A stretch of 63,514 nt of DNA, the filler included, from Octopus bimaculoides (Eukaryota), in NCBI RefSeq assembly GCF_001194135.2. It is 7 parts of 7 records of this genome, joined end to end, with 100 filler letters (N's around TTAATTAATTAA, not from the genome) between each part and the next. Parts side by side here need not be neighbours in the genome. Positions count along the whole stretch, not along the records: positions 1 to 20,024 come from NC_069008.1; 6 more parts are not named here. One strand, 5' to 3'. The position numbers were made by a program, and so were the translations under genes. A model generated the notes under the pieces. The model was not told the origin of the DNA and did not search any database. It worked only from the letters and a program-made list of their open reading frames with translations. Shown in pieces: positions 10,144 through 19,780 of this stretch. Position 1 is the stretch's first letter, and each line of letters starts with the position of its first letter.

Positions 10144-10265
10144 CTGGAACACAAAGGAAACAAACTCTTCATTGGGTCAGTCACCACAAGGGGGCAAAAA
10201 AAAAAAAAAAGAAGACCCACTACAACCATTAACTTTTACTGTCCCATTTCAAAATCTTGAAGCCA

Positions 10266-10360
10266 CAGGTCACTGCTTGGAATCAAACTTGGAACCTTGG
10301 GGTTAGTAGCCCGCGCTCTTAGCGCAGGCTACTAACCCCAAGATTCCAAGTAGTGACCTG
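10266..10360. repeat. Near-perfect hairpin made of two head-to-head tRNA-like SINE heads
   Basis: 10266-10284 pairs with 10342-10360 (one G:T). 10296-10311 pairs with 10327-10342. GCGCT/CTT/AGCGC closes the loop. An (AAT)n tail follows. Confidence 0.85.
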
Positions 10361-11036
10361 AATAATAATAATAATAATATCAATATCATACAATTAAACC
10401 TTGGGAGAGGCATTATGCCGGTAATAAACACACGCACTGGTTCAGTCCTTTATTAATTTATATAGTTTTCTGTTAAATTATTTCATTGCACTCTTGCAAT
10501 CTCTTCAGTAACCTGTCTCTCCACTTCCATTTATTTTGAAAAAATGATCTGGCGTTGTTTTGAAACTGTTTGCTATGAGCATGTGAGTGTGTGCACGCAC
10601 TTATGTGTTCGTGCTTATATGTAAGTATGTGCGTCCATGTGTGTGTTTGTAACAATTCCGTTTATATCAGATCAGATAGAGGCTTTGGACTTCTTTCTTC
10701 CTTCGGTATGAGCATGTGCACGCTCGTATGTGACACATATCTCCCCAGGGAGATATCTTATATTTTGCATATACAACAGTAATGCATCAGCCAGCCAGTT
10801 TGGAATACAACAAATCATTAACTTTGTTTACCACTTTGTTTAAAGTGAGGGTTTTTCTAATGTAAGAGAAGCATAATTTTAACCCCTTGGTCTATAGTAT
10901 TGGTTTTCAACAAGATTTTGTTTTATAAATTGATTGAATTCTACAATACACAAGACATTTCAATTATTTTTATACAATTCCCTGTTTCTGTTAAGAAAAA
11001 AATTACAGGACAGAGTTTAATATAAACTGAACTTAC

Positions 11037-11172
11037 ACGTCCTCTTACGAGCATTTGGATAGCCACAGGAAGCACATCGCTTCTTTTGAATATGGAACGA
11101 GCGTCGGCCACACCTCCTACAGTGGGTGTGTGACTTGTCGTTCCTCTTACCAAAACTTGAGGTACCCTTTGT
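11037..11172 (-). CDS. RPL37: 60S ribosomal protein L37, exon 2 (phase 0 to phase 1)
   Basis: Acceptor TTTACTTCTTTCAG, donor GTAAGT, 136 nt. Encodes [45 protein letters not shown], with the C2-C2 zinc finger intact. Confidence 0.97.
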
Positions 11173-11279
11173 CTGAAAGAAGTAAACAGTGAAAGCATTA
11201 GTGACTTACAATCTCAACACGTTTCAAATGGTTTAATGTTTCTGCATTGGCTTCATTATTTGGCTACCATCATCCTCAC

Positions 11280-11835
11280 ATACATCATCGTTTAACGTCC
11301 GCTTTCCATGCCAGCATGGGTTGGACGATTTGACTGGGGACTGGTGAACCAGGTGGCTACACCAGGCTCCAATCCAATCTGGCAGAGTTTCTACAGCTGG
11401 ATGCCCTTCCTAACACCAACCACTCCGAGTGTGTAGTGGGTGTATTTTACGTGCCACCTGCATAAGAGTCAGCCCAGCGGCACTGGCAACGATCTCGATT
11501 CAAATGTCTTTTCACGTACCACCGGCACAAGTACCAGGAAGGAGACGTTGGTAATGACCACGCTCAAATGGTGCTATTTACGTGCCATCTGCACGGAAGC
11601 CAGGCAGCTGCTCTGGCAATGATCGCGCTCGGACGGTGCTCTTAGTGCTCCACTGGTACAGGTGCCATCACGATTTCGCTAGCCCCAACAGGTCTTCGCA
11701 AGCAGAGTTTAGTGTTCAATGAAAGAGACGTTAGCGTGGGTGCCAGCCGTCGAATTTAGTTCGAGTTCAATTTCACTTGCCTCAACAGGTCTTCGCAAGC
11801 GGAGTTTAGTGTCCAATGAAGGAATGGTATGTAAG
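11280..11835 (-). mobile_element. SINE-C, long copy with internal ~60-bp subrepeats
   Basis: Tail (ATC)n-GTTTAACGTCCGCTTTCCATG at about 11285 and repeated GTGCCA...GGCACTGGCAACGA units. The 5' region is shared with 62381-62690. Confidence 0.85.
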
Positions 11836-12770
11836 ATACTGGACACAACACACCCTACCCTACCTCTGTCCCAATAAACTTCACAACCTGATCTCCCACA
11901 ATTTACACCATACAAACTTTTAAACTTGGGGCAAAACAAGGTAGGATACATTTAATAGTCCTAAAACCAAGGGTTCCCAAACTGGAATCCTGCTGCCCCT
12001 TGGGTGTCAAATAAGGGAGATGGGTAAGTATATACAGTTTATCAACATTGTTTTACACAACAAGAATATTAACTCTTGGAAGTAATTTTATTTCAGTGAG
12101 AACACGGTGAACTTGATTACATACCATATTTTCTGGCAAAGAAATTGAAAAAATTTTCAGGCCAGAATTAGCAACCAACAAAGGGTAGGTTGACTAATAT
12201 ACCAAAACGACTTTACAGGACCGAAAAAGTCAATGTGAAATGCAGAATTTAGAAAGATAGTGATAACGTTTGAATATTTACACTACAAACCACATTGAGT
12301 TGTATCTCGGAAAATACAGTATATGTGTATGGGTTTGGCAGGGTCTTGTAATGTATATATACTGTCCTTTCTGGCAAAGAAGTTGACCTTTGCAGACCAG
12401 GATTTACAGTCAACAAATATTAGGTTGATTTATATACCAAAATGACTTTGGAAGAACAAAATTTCCATGTGAAATGCAGCAGGATTTGTAAAGCTAGTGA
12501 TGATGTTTACCATTTAGCATTCAAACCAGGTATAGCCACTTGTTTTATACTCAAAATGGCCAGATCCAACCTCTCAAATCTATGGAGTAATGCAGGATTA
12601 ATTTGCAAGAATGTAAATAAATAAGCATTACATTTGATAAACTGATCTGAATACTAAAGGGTCAGAAAATACACACAGTGGCAATGTTGGTGTTGTTGAA
12701 CTAGCACCTGTACTGGTGGCACATAAAAAAACACTTTTCGAGCACTGGGACTAGTGGAGCCAATGACAAA

Positions 12771-13150
12771 TCATCATCATCATCGTTTAACGTCCGCTTT
12801 CCATGCTAGCATGGGTTGGACGATTTGACTGAGGACTGGTGAAACCGGATGGCAACACCAGGCTCCAGTCTGATTTGGCAGAGTTTCTACAGCTGGATGC
12901 CCTTCCTAACGCCAACCACTCAGAGTGTAGTGGGTGCTTTTACGTGTCACCCGCACGAAAACGGCCACGCTCGAAATGGTGTCTTTTATGTGCCACCCGC
13001 ACAAGCCAGTCCAGGGGCACTGGCAACGATCTCGCTCGAAAATCCTACAGGAGCCAGTCAGGCGGTACTGGCAACGGCCACGCTCAAAATGGTGCATCTC
13101 ATGTGCCAACCGCACAAGAACCAGTCCAGGGGCACTGGCAACGATCTTAC
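12771..13150 (-). mobile_element. SINE-C with about four internal subrepeats
   Basis: Tail at 12771-12790, then GGCAGAGTTTCTACAGCTGGATGCCCTTCCTAACGCCAACC, then repeated GGCA/GGTACTGGCAACG units. Confidence 0.9.
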
Positions 13151-13189
13151 TTGACCGAGGCTTTTGGTAATATGCTGTGCTTGAGAAGG

Positions 13190-13330
13190 GCGACCCATGA
13201 AGCTAAGTGAAATTGTAGTCGTGGCTGGCACCCAGCCATAGAAACCATGCTAGACCAGACTGGAGCCCCTCAGCTTACCAGCCCCAGTCCAACCTATGCC
13301 AGCATGGACAATGGACGTTAAATGATGATC
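13190..13330 (+). mobile_element. SINE-C-related 3' fragment in the opposite orientation
   Basis: Ends GTCCAACCTATGCCAGCATGGACAATGGACGTTAAATGATGAT. Confidence 0.75.
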
Positions 13331-13689
13331 GCCATTCCCACAAATACCTGTTTCAAGTTTGCAAATTGAAACAGACATATCGCAGATATGCATACATTCA
13401 ATTATGAGCTAAACAAATGCTCATATATAATAATATAGATTTAATCAAAAAATTAAATGTGGTACTTAAAATGTTTGTGGCACCAGAATTTGGTAGGGTA
13501 AAAACCGAAAACAAAATCAAGAGATTTGGAGAAAAGCAACAAAAATGTATTAGGTTATAGCAGTACGTACGTTTCGTACAAACTTCATTTATTAATGTAG
13601 TGAGAACACCACATAAAATGTGCAATGTATATCCATCTAAGTTTATATACATCTGTACACATTTACACAATAATAATTAACACCGGATA

Positions 13690-14037
13690 GGTGCACCTTA
13701 GGATTAGACACTGAGGGAAAATGGCTGTAACTTTATTTTTTTTATTCTGGCGATTTTCGCTTTCGATAATGGGCACTGTCATGGTATTAGTTGTCATTCT
13801 ATATATCACGGTCATGCGGTTCCCCCTAAAAAAATTTTTGACCACCCCCGGTGGGGAAGGGGTCTTTTTTTTTTGTTGCCATTTTCATTTTTGACATTGT
13901 GTTCTACATGTCCAGGTCGGTCGTACGAATCGCCCCCTCGCAACTCAGACGTGAAAATGAACGGCTTACAGTTATATTGAAACAGCAAAATGATCACATG
14001 TGGATTTTCCCTCAGTGTCTAATCCCAATCTCCACCC
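13690..14037. mobile_element. ~340-bp non-autonomous DNA element (MITE) in RPL37 intron 1
   Basis: Perfect 22-bp inverted repeat GGATTAGACACTGAGGGAAAAT (13701-13722) and its reverse complement (14004-14025), extending imperfectly outward. Confidence 0.75.
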
Positions 14038-14585
14038 ATGTATATATATATACAACCGTACACATCTATACGTGTATGCTATATAATCAACTGATGTATA
14101 TATATATATATTTCTACATATATACGCAACTCATCGGTTTAGTATTAGCCACAGAGAAGCAATTGATTATATTACAGGTGTAATTAATGTAATTAGAGAC
14201 ACACGTGTCTTAAGAACTGTCGTCACTTTTTATAAGAAAACATCTCTTTCACATTAATTCATGTTGTAAATACTACTGTCTCTATAATATATAAATATAT
14301 TATAAGCCTAATTAATATTATGTAAAAGTATTATATACATAGACACGCGACTAATGCCGATAATATTGGTTAGAGTAACAGAAAGAAAGCACCATGTTCG
14401 ACCGAAGCATCCCATTATAAAACAATGATTTAAAACAAGTCAAACAGGATAAGGAAACTGAAATAGAATATTCAAAATAATTTAATAGGAATGGGGACAT
14501 GAAAAATTAACAGATAATTAAGGTGTGCAGCATAAATACGGGAGATGATTAAGGATTAAGAAGAGACGGAGATAGAATCACTCAC

Positions 14586-14588
14586 CAT
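14586..14588 (-). CDS. RPL37: 60S ribosomal protein L37, exon 1 (ATG only)
   Basis: CTACAAAAATG|GTGAGT. An ATG-only first coding exon completes the protein in phase 0. Total CDS is 3+136+85+82 = 306 nt, or 101 aa plus stop. Confidence 0.88.
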
Positions 14589-14599
14589 TTTTGTAGCGG

Positions 14600-14645
14600 T
14601 AAAGACTGAAAGGACTAGAGCCTCGTTTTGGTTAACGGAAGTGGA
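14600..14645 (-). promoter_or_regulatory. RPL37: RPL37 core promoter: TCT/5'-TOP-like start and ETS motif
   Basis: Minus strand GTCCTTTCAGTCTTT about 25 nt upstream of ATG fits the pyrimidine-rich TCT initiator of ribosomal-protein genes, predicting a TSS near 14612-14613. ACGGAAGTG (ETS/GABP-type) lies at about 14635-14643. No TATA box seen. Confidence 0.65.
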
Positions 14646-15176
14646 TGTGAGGGTTTCGTGTAGAAGCTGATGAAAAGAAATTAAAATCTGACGGAACGAA
14701 ATTATAGTGTTTGTGTGTGTGTATTTATGTATGTGTGTGTATATACGTGCATTATGTGTGTGCGTGTGTGTGTGTGTATGCGTGCAGAAGAAAATTGAAC
14801 CCAATTTTCTTCTTTTCTCTTTCCCATCGACACACACACACAGACACACACACCAACACAAAAAAACACACACTCACACACACACTCTCTCTCTCTCTCT
14901 CTCTCACTTTTCCTCACCCTCTCTTACTATCCTATATATCTCTCTCTCCACCCCTACACACTCAATAAAACTATATAAAGAGACCCGCGAGAAAGTTTTT
15001 TCTCAAAACAATATGAAAAACCTACACGACTAGGTGAAAAGCGCTTCATTTAATATATTTAATATGTGACATTAATAAAAATCTGTAAATGTACAAACAT
15101 CCAGGTTTCTGAGTACCTTAATTAAAATTTTCTCCTATATAATTTCTGTACATCACCTCCAAACCTTCAAATATAT

Positions 15177-15209
<33 letters not shown>

Positions 15210-15235
15210 GATATATATATATATATATATACATG

Positions 15236-15378
15236 GTTAAGTAAAGTAAAGTAAAGTTCCTTTCTAAATCTTATAGATTCATAAAGCTGGTTTCCTGGTT
15301 CGCCATTGCGTATGTATTCCCCATCTGGACAAGACATTGGTCCTTCGCAGGATCACTAACTTTTGCCAGCTGAGTGGA
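15236..15378 (-). mobile_element. SINE-D 3' part with (ACTTT)n tail, truncated by the fold-back element
   Basis: TTTTGCCAGCTGAGTGGACTGG is the reverse complement of the CCAGTCCACTCA(G/C)CTGGCAAAA domain at about 34120-34145. (AAAGT)n lies at 15240-15255. Confidence 0.7.
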
Positions 15379-15400
15379 CTGGTTAAGGTCAACTGGTTAA

Positions 15401-15977
15401 GCTCAACTGGTTAAGGTCAAACAACTGACAAGCAAATCTGTGATATTGAGCATATCTGTGATATTTGCTGTAGGCCATCTTTTATACCATGTACATTGTT
15501 TTGTCTTGGTATAAAAGATGGGCAATAGCAAATATTCTGCTCAATACCACAGATTTGCTTGTCAGTTGTTTGACCTTAACCAGTTGAGCATGTCCCTTGG
15601 TGGCTGACGATATGTGCATATCTGATCATGAGCAGAAGTAGTGGGGGAGCATCATAGCCATATGCTGAGAGGAATTCTTTGGGGTTTGAATAATTCACAT
15701 TTGAAAACATGGGTGTTTCATTCAACATCCTTAAACAAACCTTATTCGGGGGCCTTTTGAGCGGGATGGGCTACTCGACCTGAAGAAAATTCTAACTGGG
15801 ACACACCTGTAAAGTCATGCACTGTTTATCTTGATATGAGATCACCATGTCACACACATATGGTTGTGATGCATGTGCCTGGTGTACCCTTATCAGGCGG
15901 GTAGACATGATGGGTATAATGGGCTTCGTATATTTTACCCCAGTGTCATTTTGATGGCATGCACTGCTCTCTCACTC

Positions 15978-16012
<35 letters not shown>
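15401..16012 (+). mobile_element. ~500-bp retroposon (family G) with (AAT)n tail and an inverted duplication of its 5' end
   Basis: Body 15507-15978, (AAT)n tail to 16012. 15401-15489 is the reverse complement of 15507-15589. A second partial copy lies at 16073-16415. Confidence 0.8.
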
Positions 16013-16014
<2 letters not shown>

Positions 16015-17465
16015 GTTGCTTGATTTTAGTCAGCTGAGCATCACTCAATAATAATAATAATAATAATAATAACAGTTGCTTGATCTTAGTCAGCTGAGCA
16101 TGTCCCTTGGTGGCTGACGATATGTGCATCTCTGATCACGAGCAGAAGTAGTGGGGGAGCATCATAGCCATGTGTTGAGAGGAATTCTTGGGGACTTGAA
16201 TAATTCACCACTAGAAATATGGTTGTTTTGGTGATCATCCTTAAACAAACCTTATTCAGGGAGCTTTTGAGCAGTATGGGCTACTATATCTGAAGAAGAT
16301 TCTAACTAGCCCCCCTCCCCCCTCCTGTAACGTCACGCGCTGTTTATCGTGATAAGGAACCAACATGTCATGCACATATGGTTGTGTTGCATGTGCCTGG
16401 TGTACCCTTATCAGATGAATATATTGAGTATTTTTGGGGATTACGTTAAGCGTACGGGTGTCTGAGGGAACCATTTAAACCATGATTCCATGGATAGTTT
16501 TTTTTCCATTGATTGAACAACTGGAACTCTGGTTATATCAAATACCCGGGACATCCATTCGATAAAATTCATTTGTACGACAAGGGAGACAACACTACAT
16601 TGGTTTGTTGGTAATATCTTAAAGTAGAGGTTATCTCCCGTTGCTAGGCATTGATTTTTATATTTGCTTAAAAGAGTCCTCGGGNNNNNNNNNNNNNNNN
16701 NNNNNNNNNNNNNNNNNNNNNNNNNNNNNNNNNNNNNNNNNNNNNNNNNNNNNNNNNNNNNNNNNNNNNNNNNNNNNNNNNNNNNNNNNNNNNNNNNNNN
16801 NNNNNNNNNNNNNNNNNNNNNNNNNNNNNNNNNNNNNNNNNNNNNNNNNNNNNNNNNNNNNNNNNNNNNNNNNNNNNNNNNNNNNNNNNNNNNNNNNNNN
16901 NNNNNNNNNNNNNNNNNNNNNNNNNNNNNNNNNNNNNNNNNNNNNNNNNNNNNNNNNNNNNNNNNNNNNNNNNNNNNNNNNNNNNNNNNNNNNTGAAGAG
17001 TCGAGGGGAGGGAGCCCTCGCCTGTGCTGAGGAGCCTGACTGGCCCTCCGCAAGTAACTGCGGAGGTCGTGTCGGATAATGACCTGACCGTGGTGGTGAA
17101 TTCTTTCTCCCTTCGCGAATTCTGGTTCGCGGAGTGGCCTGACCCAGACCTATCATTGTGCTTGAGAGAAGCACTGAATTTGGTCGGGGCGGTAAACAAG
17201 TAAGAGGACGAGTGCCTCATATTGTGGGATCATGTGATCCATAAATGAAATATTATAAGAAGCAAGTGCCTGAATAATTTGGTGTTTTATGTACGAGGTT
17301 CATAGCCTCAATTTGTAAATTTTTCTAGAGAAGCAAAGTTCGGTGGGTGGCTTTTGTCTTCTCCCATTTATACCATCATGTTTATCATCCATTTCATCTC
17401 ATTAATGTGTTCGTCCAGCCCGCAGCTACTCCGTGTACTGCCTTTATGGCAAATCGAATGAAATA

Positions 17466-17825
17466 AAGTAGCTTGCTTACCAACCACATGTTTCCGGGTT
17501 CAGTCCCACCGCGTGGCACCTTGGGCAAGTGTCTTCAACTATAGCCTTGGGCCAACCAAAGCCTTGTGAGTGGATTTTGTAGACGGAAACTGAAAGAAAC
17601 CGGTCATATATATATATATCTTTTACTTGTTTCAGTTATTTCACTGTGGCCATGCTGGAGCGTCGCCTTTAGTCGAGCAAATCGACCCCAGGACTTATTC
17701 TTTGGAAGCGTAGTACTATTCAATCAGTTTCTTCTGCCGAACCGCTATGTTACGGCGACGTAAACACACCAGCATTGGTTGTCAAGCGATGCCGGGGGGG
17801 GGGACAAACATATACACACATACCA
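17466..17825. mobile_element. SINE-B head (plus, 17466-17605) facing a SINE-B tail (minus, 17618-17825)
   Basis: Both segments match 32626-33084, in opposite orientations. Confidence 0.8.
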
Positions 17826-18342
17826 ATATGTATACATATATACGACGTGCTTCTATATCTACCTAAGTAGTTGTATACTGCCAACTTAACGTGACAGTCC
17901 CAATAAGGGAATATACTACTGCTATTTAGCCCTAGGAAGCTGGACCGCTTCCTGTTGGCCTAACCACTGGGCCATTGCGCCTCCACGGTTTATCTTATAG
18001 GTTTGAGCTTTCAATGATGTTATTGTCTATTTTTAGAATGACATTGTAGGGTAGGTGCGAGAGGCTAGACCCGGCCAGTCTGAACTTAAAACAGGAGGCA
18101 TATTTGGGTTGGATATGTCCGATTTAAATGCTAAAGGATTAAGGTGTCTGCTTCACTTATTTCCAACTGCAAGGATTTTTTTGAAATCCATTCAAATTTC
18201 ACCCTTAGCCCTTTAACATTAAGATTATCCTATTAAATGTTAATGCTTTATTATTCATATTGGGTTTGAATTAATTATGTATTAACTTGTAGCTTTGAGG
18301 TTTCAATGATAAACTGGTTTGAGTTTTTAGAATAACATTGTA

Positions 18343-18576
18343 TATTTCCTTATTGCCCACAAGGGGCTAAACATAGAGGGGACAAACAAGGACAGACAAA
18401 GGGATTAAGTCGATTACATCGACCCCAGTGCGTAACTGGTACTTAATTTATCGACCCCGAAAGGATGAAAGGCAAAGTCGACCTTGGCGGAATTTGAACT
18501 CAGAACGTTACGGCAGACGAAATACTGCTAAGCATTTCGCCCGGCGTGCTAACGTTTCTGCCAGCTCCTCACCGCC
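18343..18576 (-). mobile_element. Full-length SINE-A with 17-bp TSD, inserted in a piggyBac-like MITE
   Basis: TTTAGAATAACATTGTA occurs at 18326-18342 and again at 18577-18593. The flanks (18208-18342, 18594-18735) belong to the CCCTTTA(A/G)CATT MITE family. Confidence 0.92.
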
Positions 18577-19121
18577 TTTAGAATAACATTGTAGGTTAGT
18601 GTGAGAGGCTGGATATGGCCAGTGTAACCCTTTAGCATTGAAGTTATTCTGTCGAATGCGATGCTTATTCATCCACATTAAATTAATCAGATATAAGCTT
18701 GTAGCTTTGAGATATCGATGATGCATTGGTTTCATTTAAGGACATTGGGGGGTTGATGTAAGATGCTGGATTTAGCTAATTTGAACTTGCCCTTTCTCTA
18801 TCATCCAGGGGCATCAGATCAGTCAACCGGAATTCTTATGGGGCTAAGATCAGCATTTTATTCTTTTTCTATCTGTTTCCCCCAAATCACTGTAGCCATC
18901 AAGTTTTGATATTATCCCCTCCATTTGTCCGTCTTATCAGATAATATAGAAATAATAGTGGCAGTCTTAACATATCTTAATGTCAGCTCTCAGTTTGGTG
19001 TTATTTATCTATCTAGATAGATAGATGTTAGTAACCAGCTTATGTAGGTTGGTTTTGAAAGGTGCAAAGTCATTAAGGAGGTGGGGAATATTTCTTTTTA
19101 TGATGCTATAGTGTTCTGTGT

Positions 19122-19478
19122 GGAGGCGCAATGGCCCAGTGGTTAGGCCAGCGGACTCGCGGTCATAGGATCGCGGTTTCGATTCCCAGACCGGGCATTG
19201 TGAGTGTTTATTGAGCGAAAACACCTAAAAGCTCCACGAGGCTCCAGCAGGGGATGGTGGCGAACCCTGCTGTACTCTTTCACCACAACTTTCTCTCACT
19301 CTTACTTCCTGTTTCTGTTGTACCTGTAATTCAAAGGGTCAGCCTTGTCACACTGTGTCACGCTGAATCTCCCCGAGAACGTTAATTTCACTCGCACGTT
19401 AATTTCACGAGCAGGCTGTTCCGTTGATTGGATCAACTGGAACCCTCGACGTCGTAAGCGACGGAGTGCCAACAACAA
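19122..19478 (+). mobile_element. tRNA-derived SINE ('OR-type' body), full length
   Basis: Head GGAGGCGCAATGGCCCAGTGGTTAGG...GGTTTCGATTCCCAG, (AAC)n tail, probable TSD TGTTCTGT. Confidence 0.9.
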
Positions 19479-19574
19479 TATGTTCTGTAGCTGTTGTAGT
19501 GATGGTATATTTGAAAACCCATGGCTGTTCTTTCTAGCATTGAGGTCTCCTTTGTCTACAGCAGTAGATGAACA

Positions 19575-19780
19575 GAACTGATAGTAGTTGTATGCTGTCA
19601 ACTTAATGTAACAGTCCCCTGAAGGGAATAATATTACTGTTGGTTAGCCCTAGGAAGCTGCACCGCTTCCTGTTGGCCTTGACACATTTCCTGTGTCCTT
19701 ATGTTTACAAGGGGGAGACTAGCATACCAGTTGCTTGTCCGCGAGTCCGTTGCCCTAACCACTGGGCTATTGCGCCTCCC
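19575..19780 (-). mobile_element. tRNA-headed SINE with alternative body (family E); a shorter copy lies at 17850-17985
   Basis: Same head GGAGGCGCAAT(A/G)GCCCAGTGGTTAGG, joined to ...GCCAACAGGAAGCGG...CTTCCTAGGGCTAA...AAGTTG(A/G)CAG(C/T)ATACAACTA. Confidence 0.8.

Noticed and set aside
10011-10229. 72-aa minus-strand ORF in the track (…[15 protein letters not shown]…)
   Set aside because: Wrong frame. The same bases encode RPL37 exon 3 in another frame with consistent splice phases.
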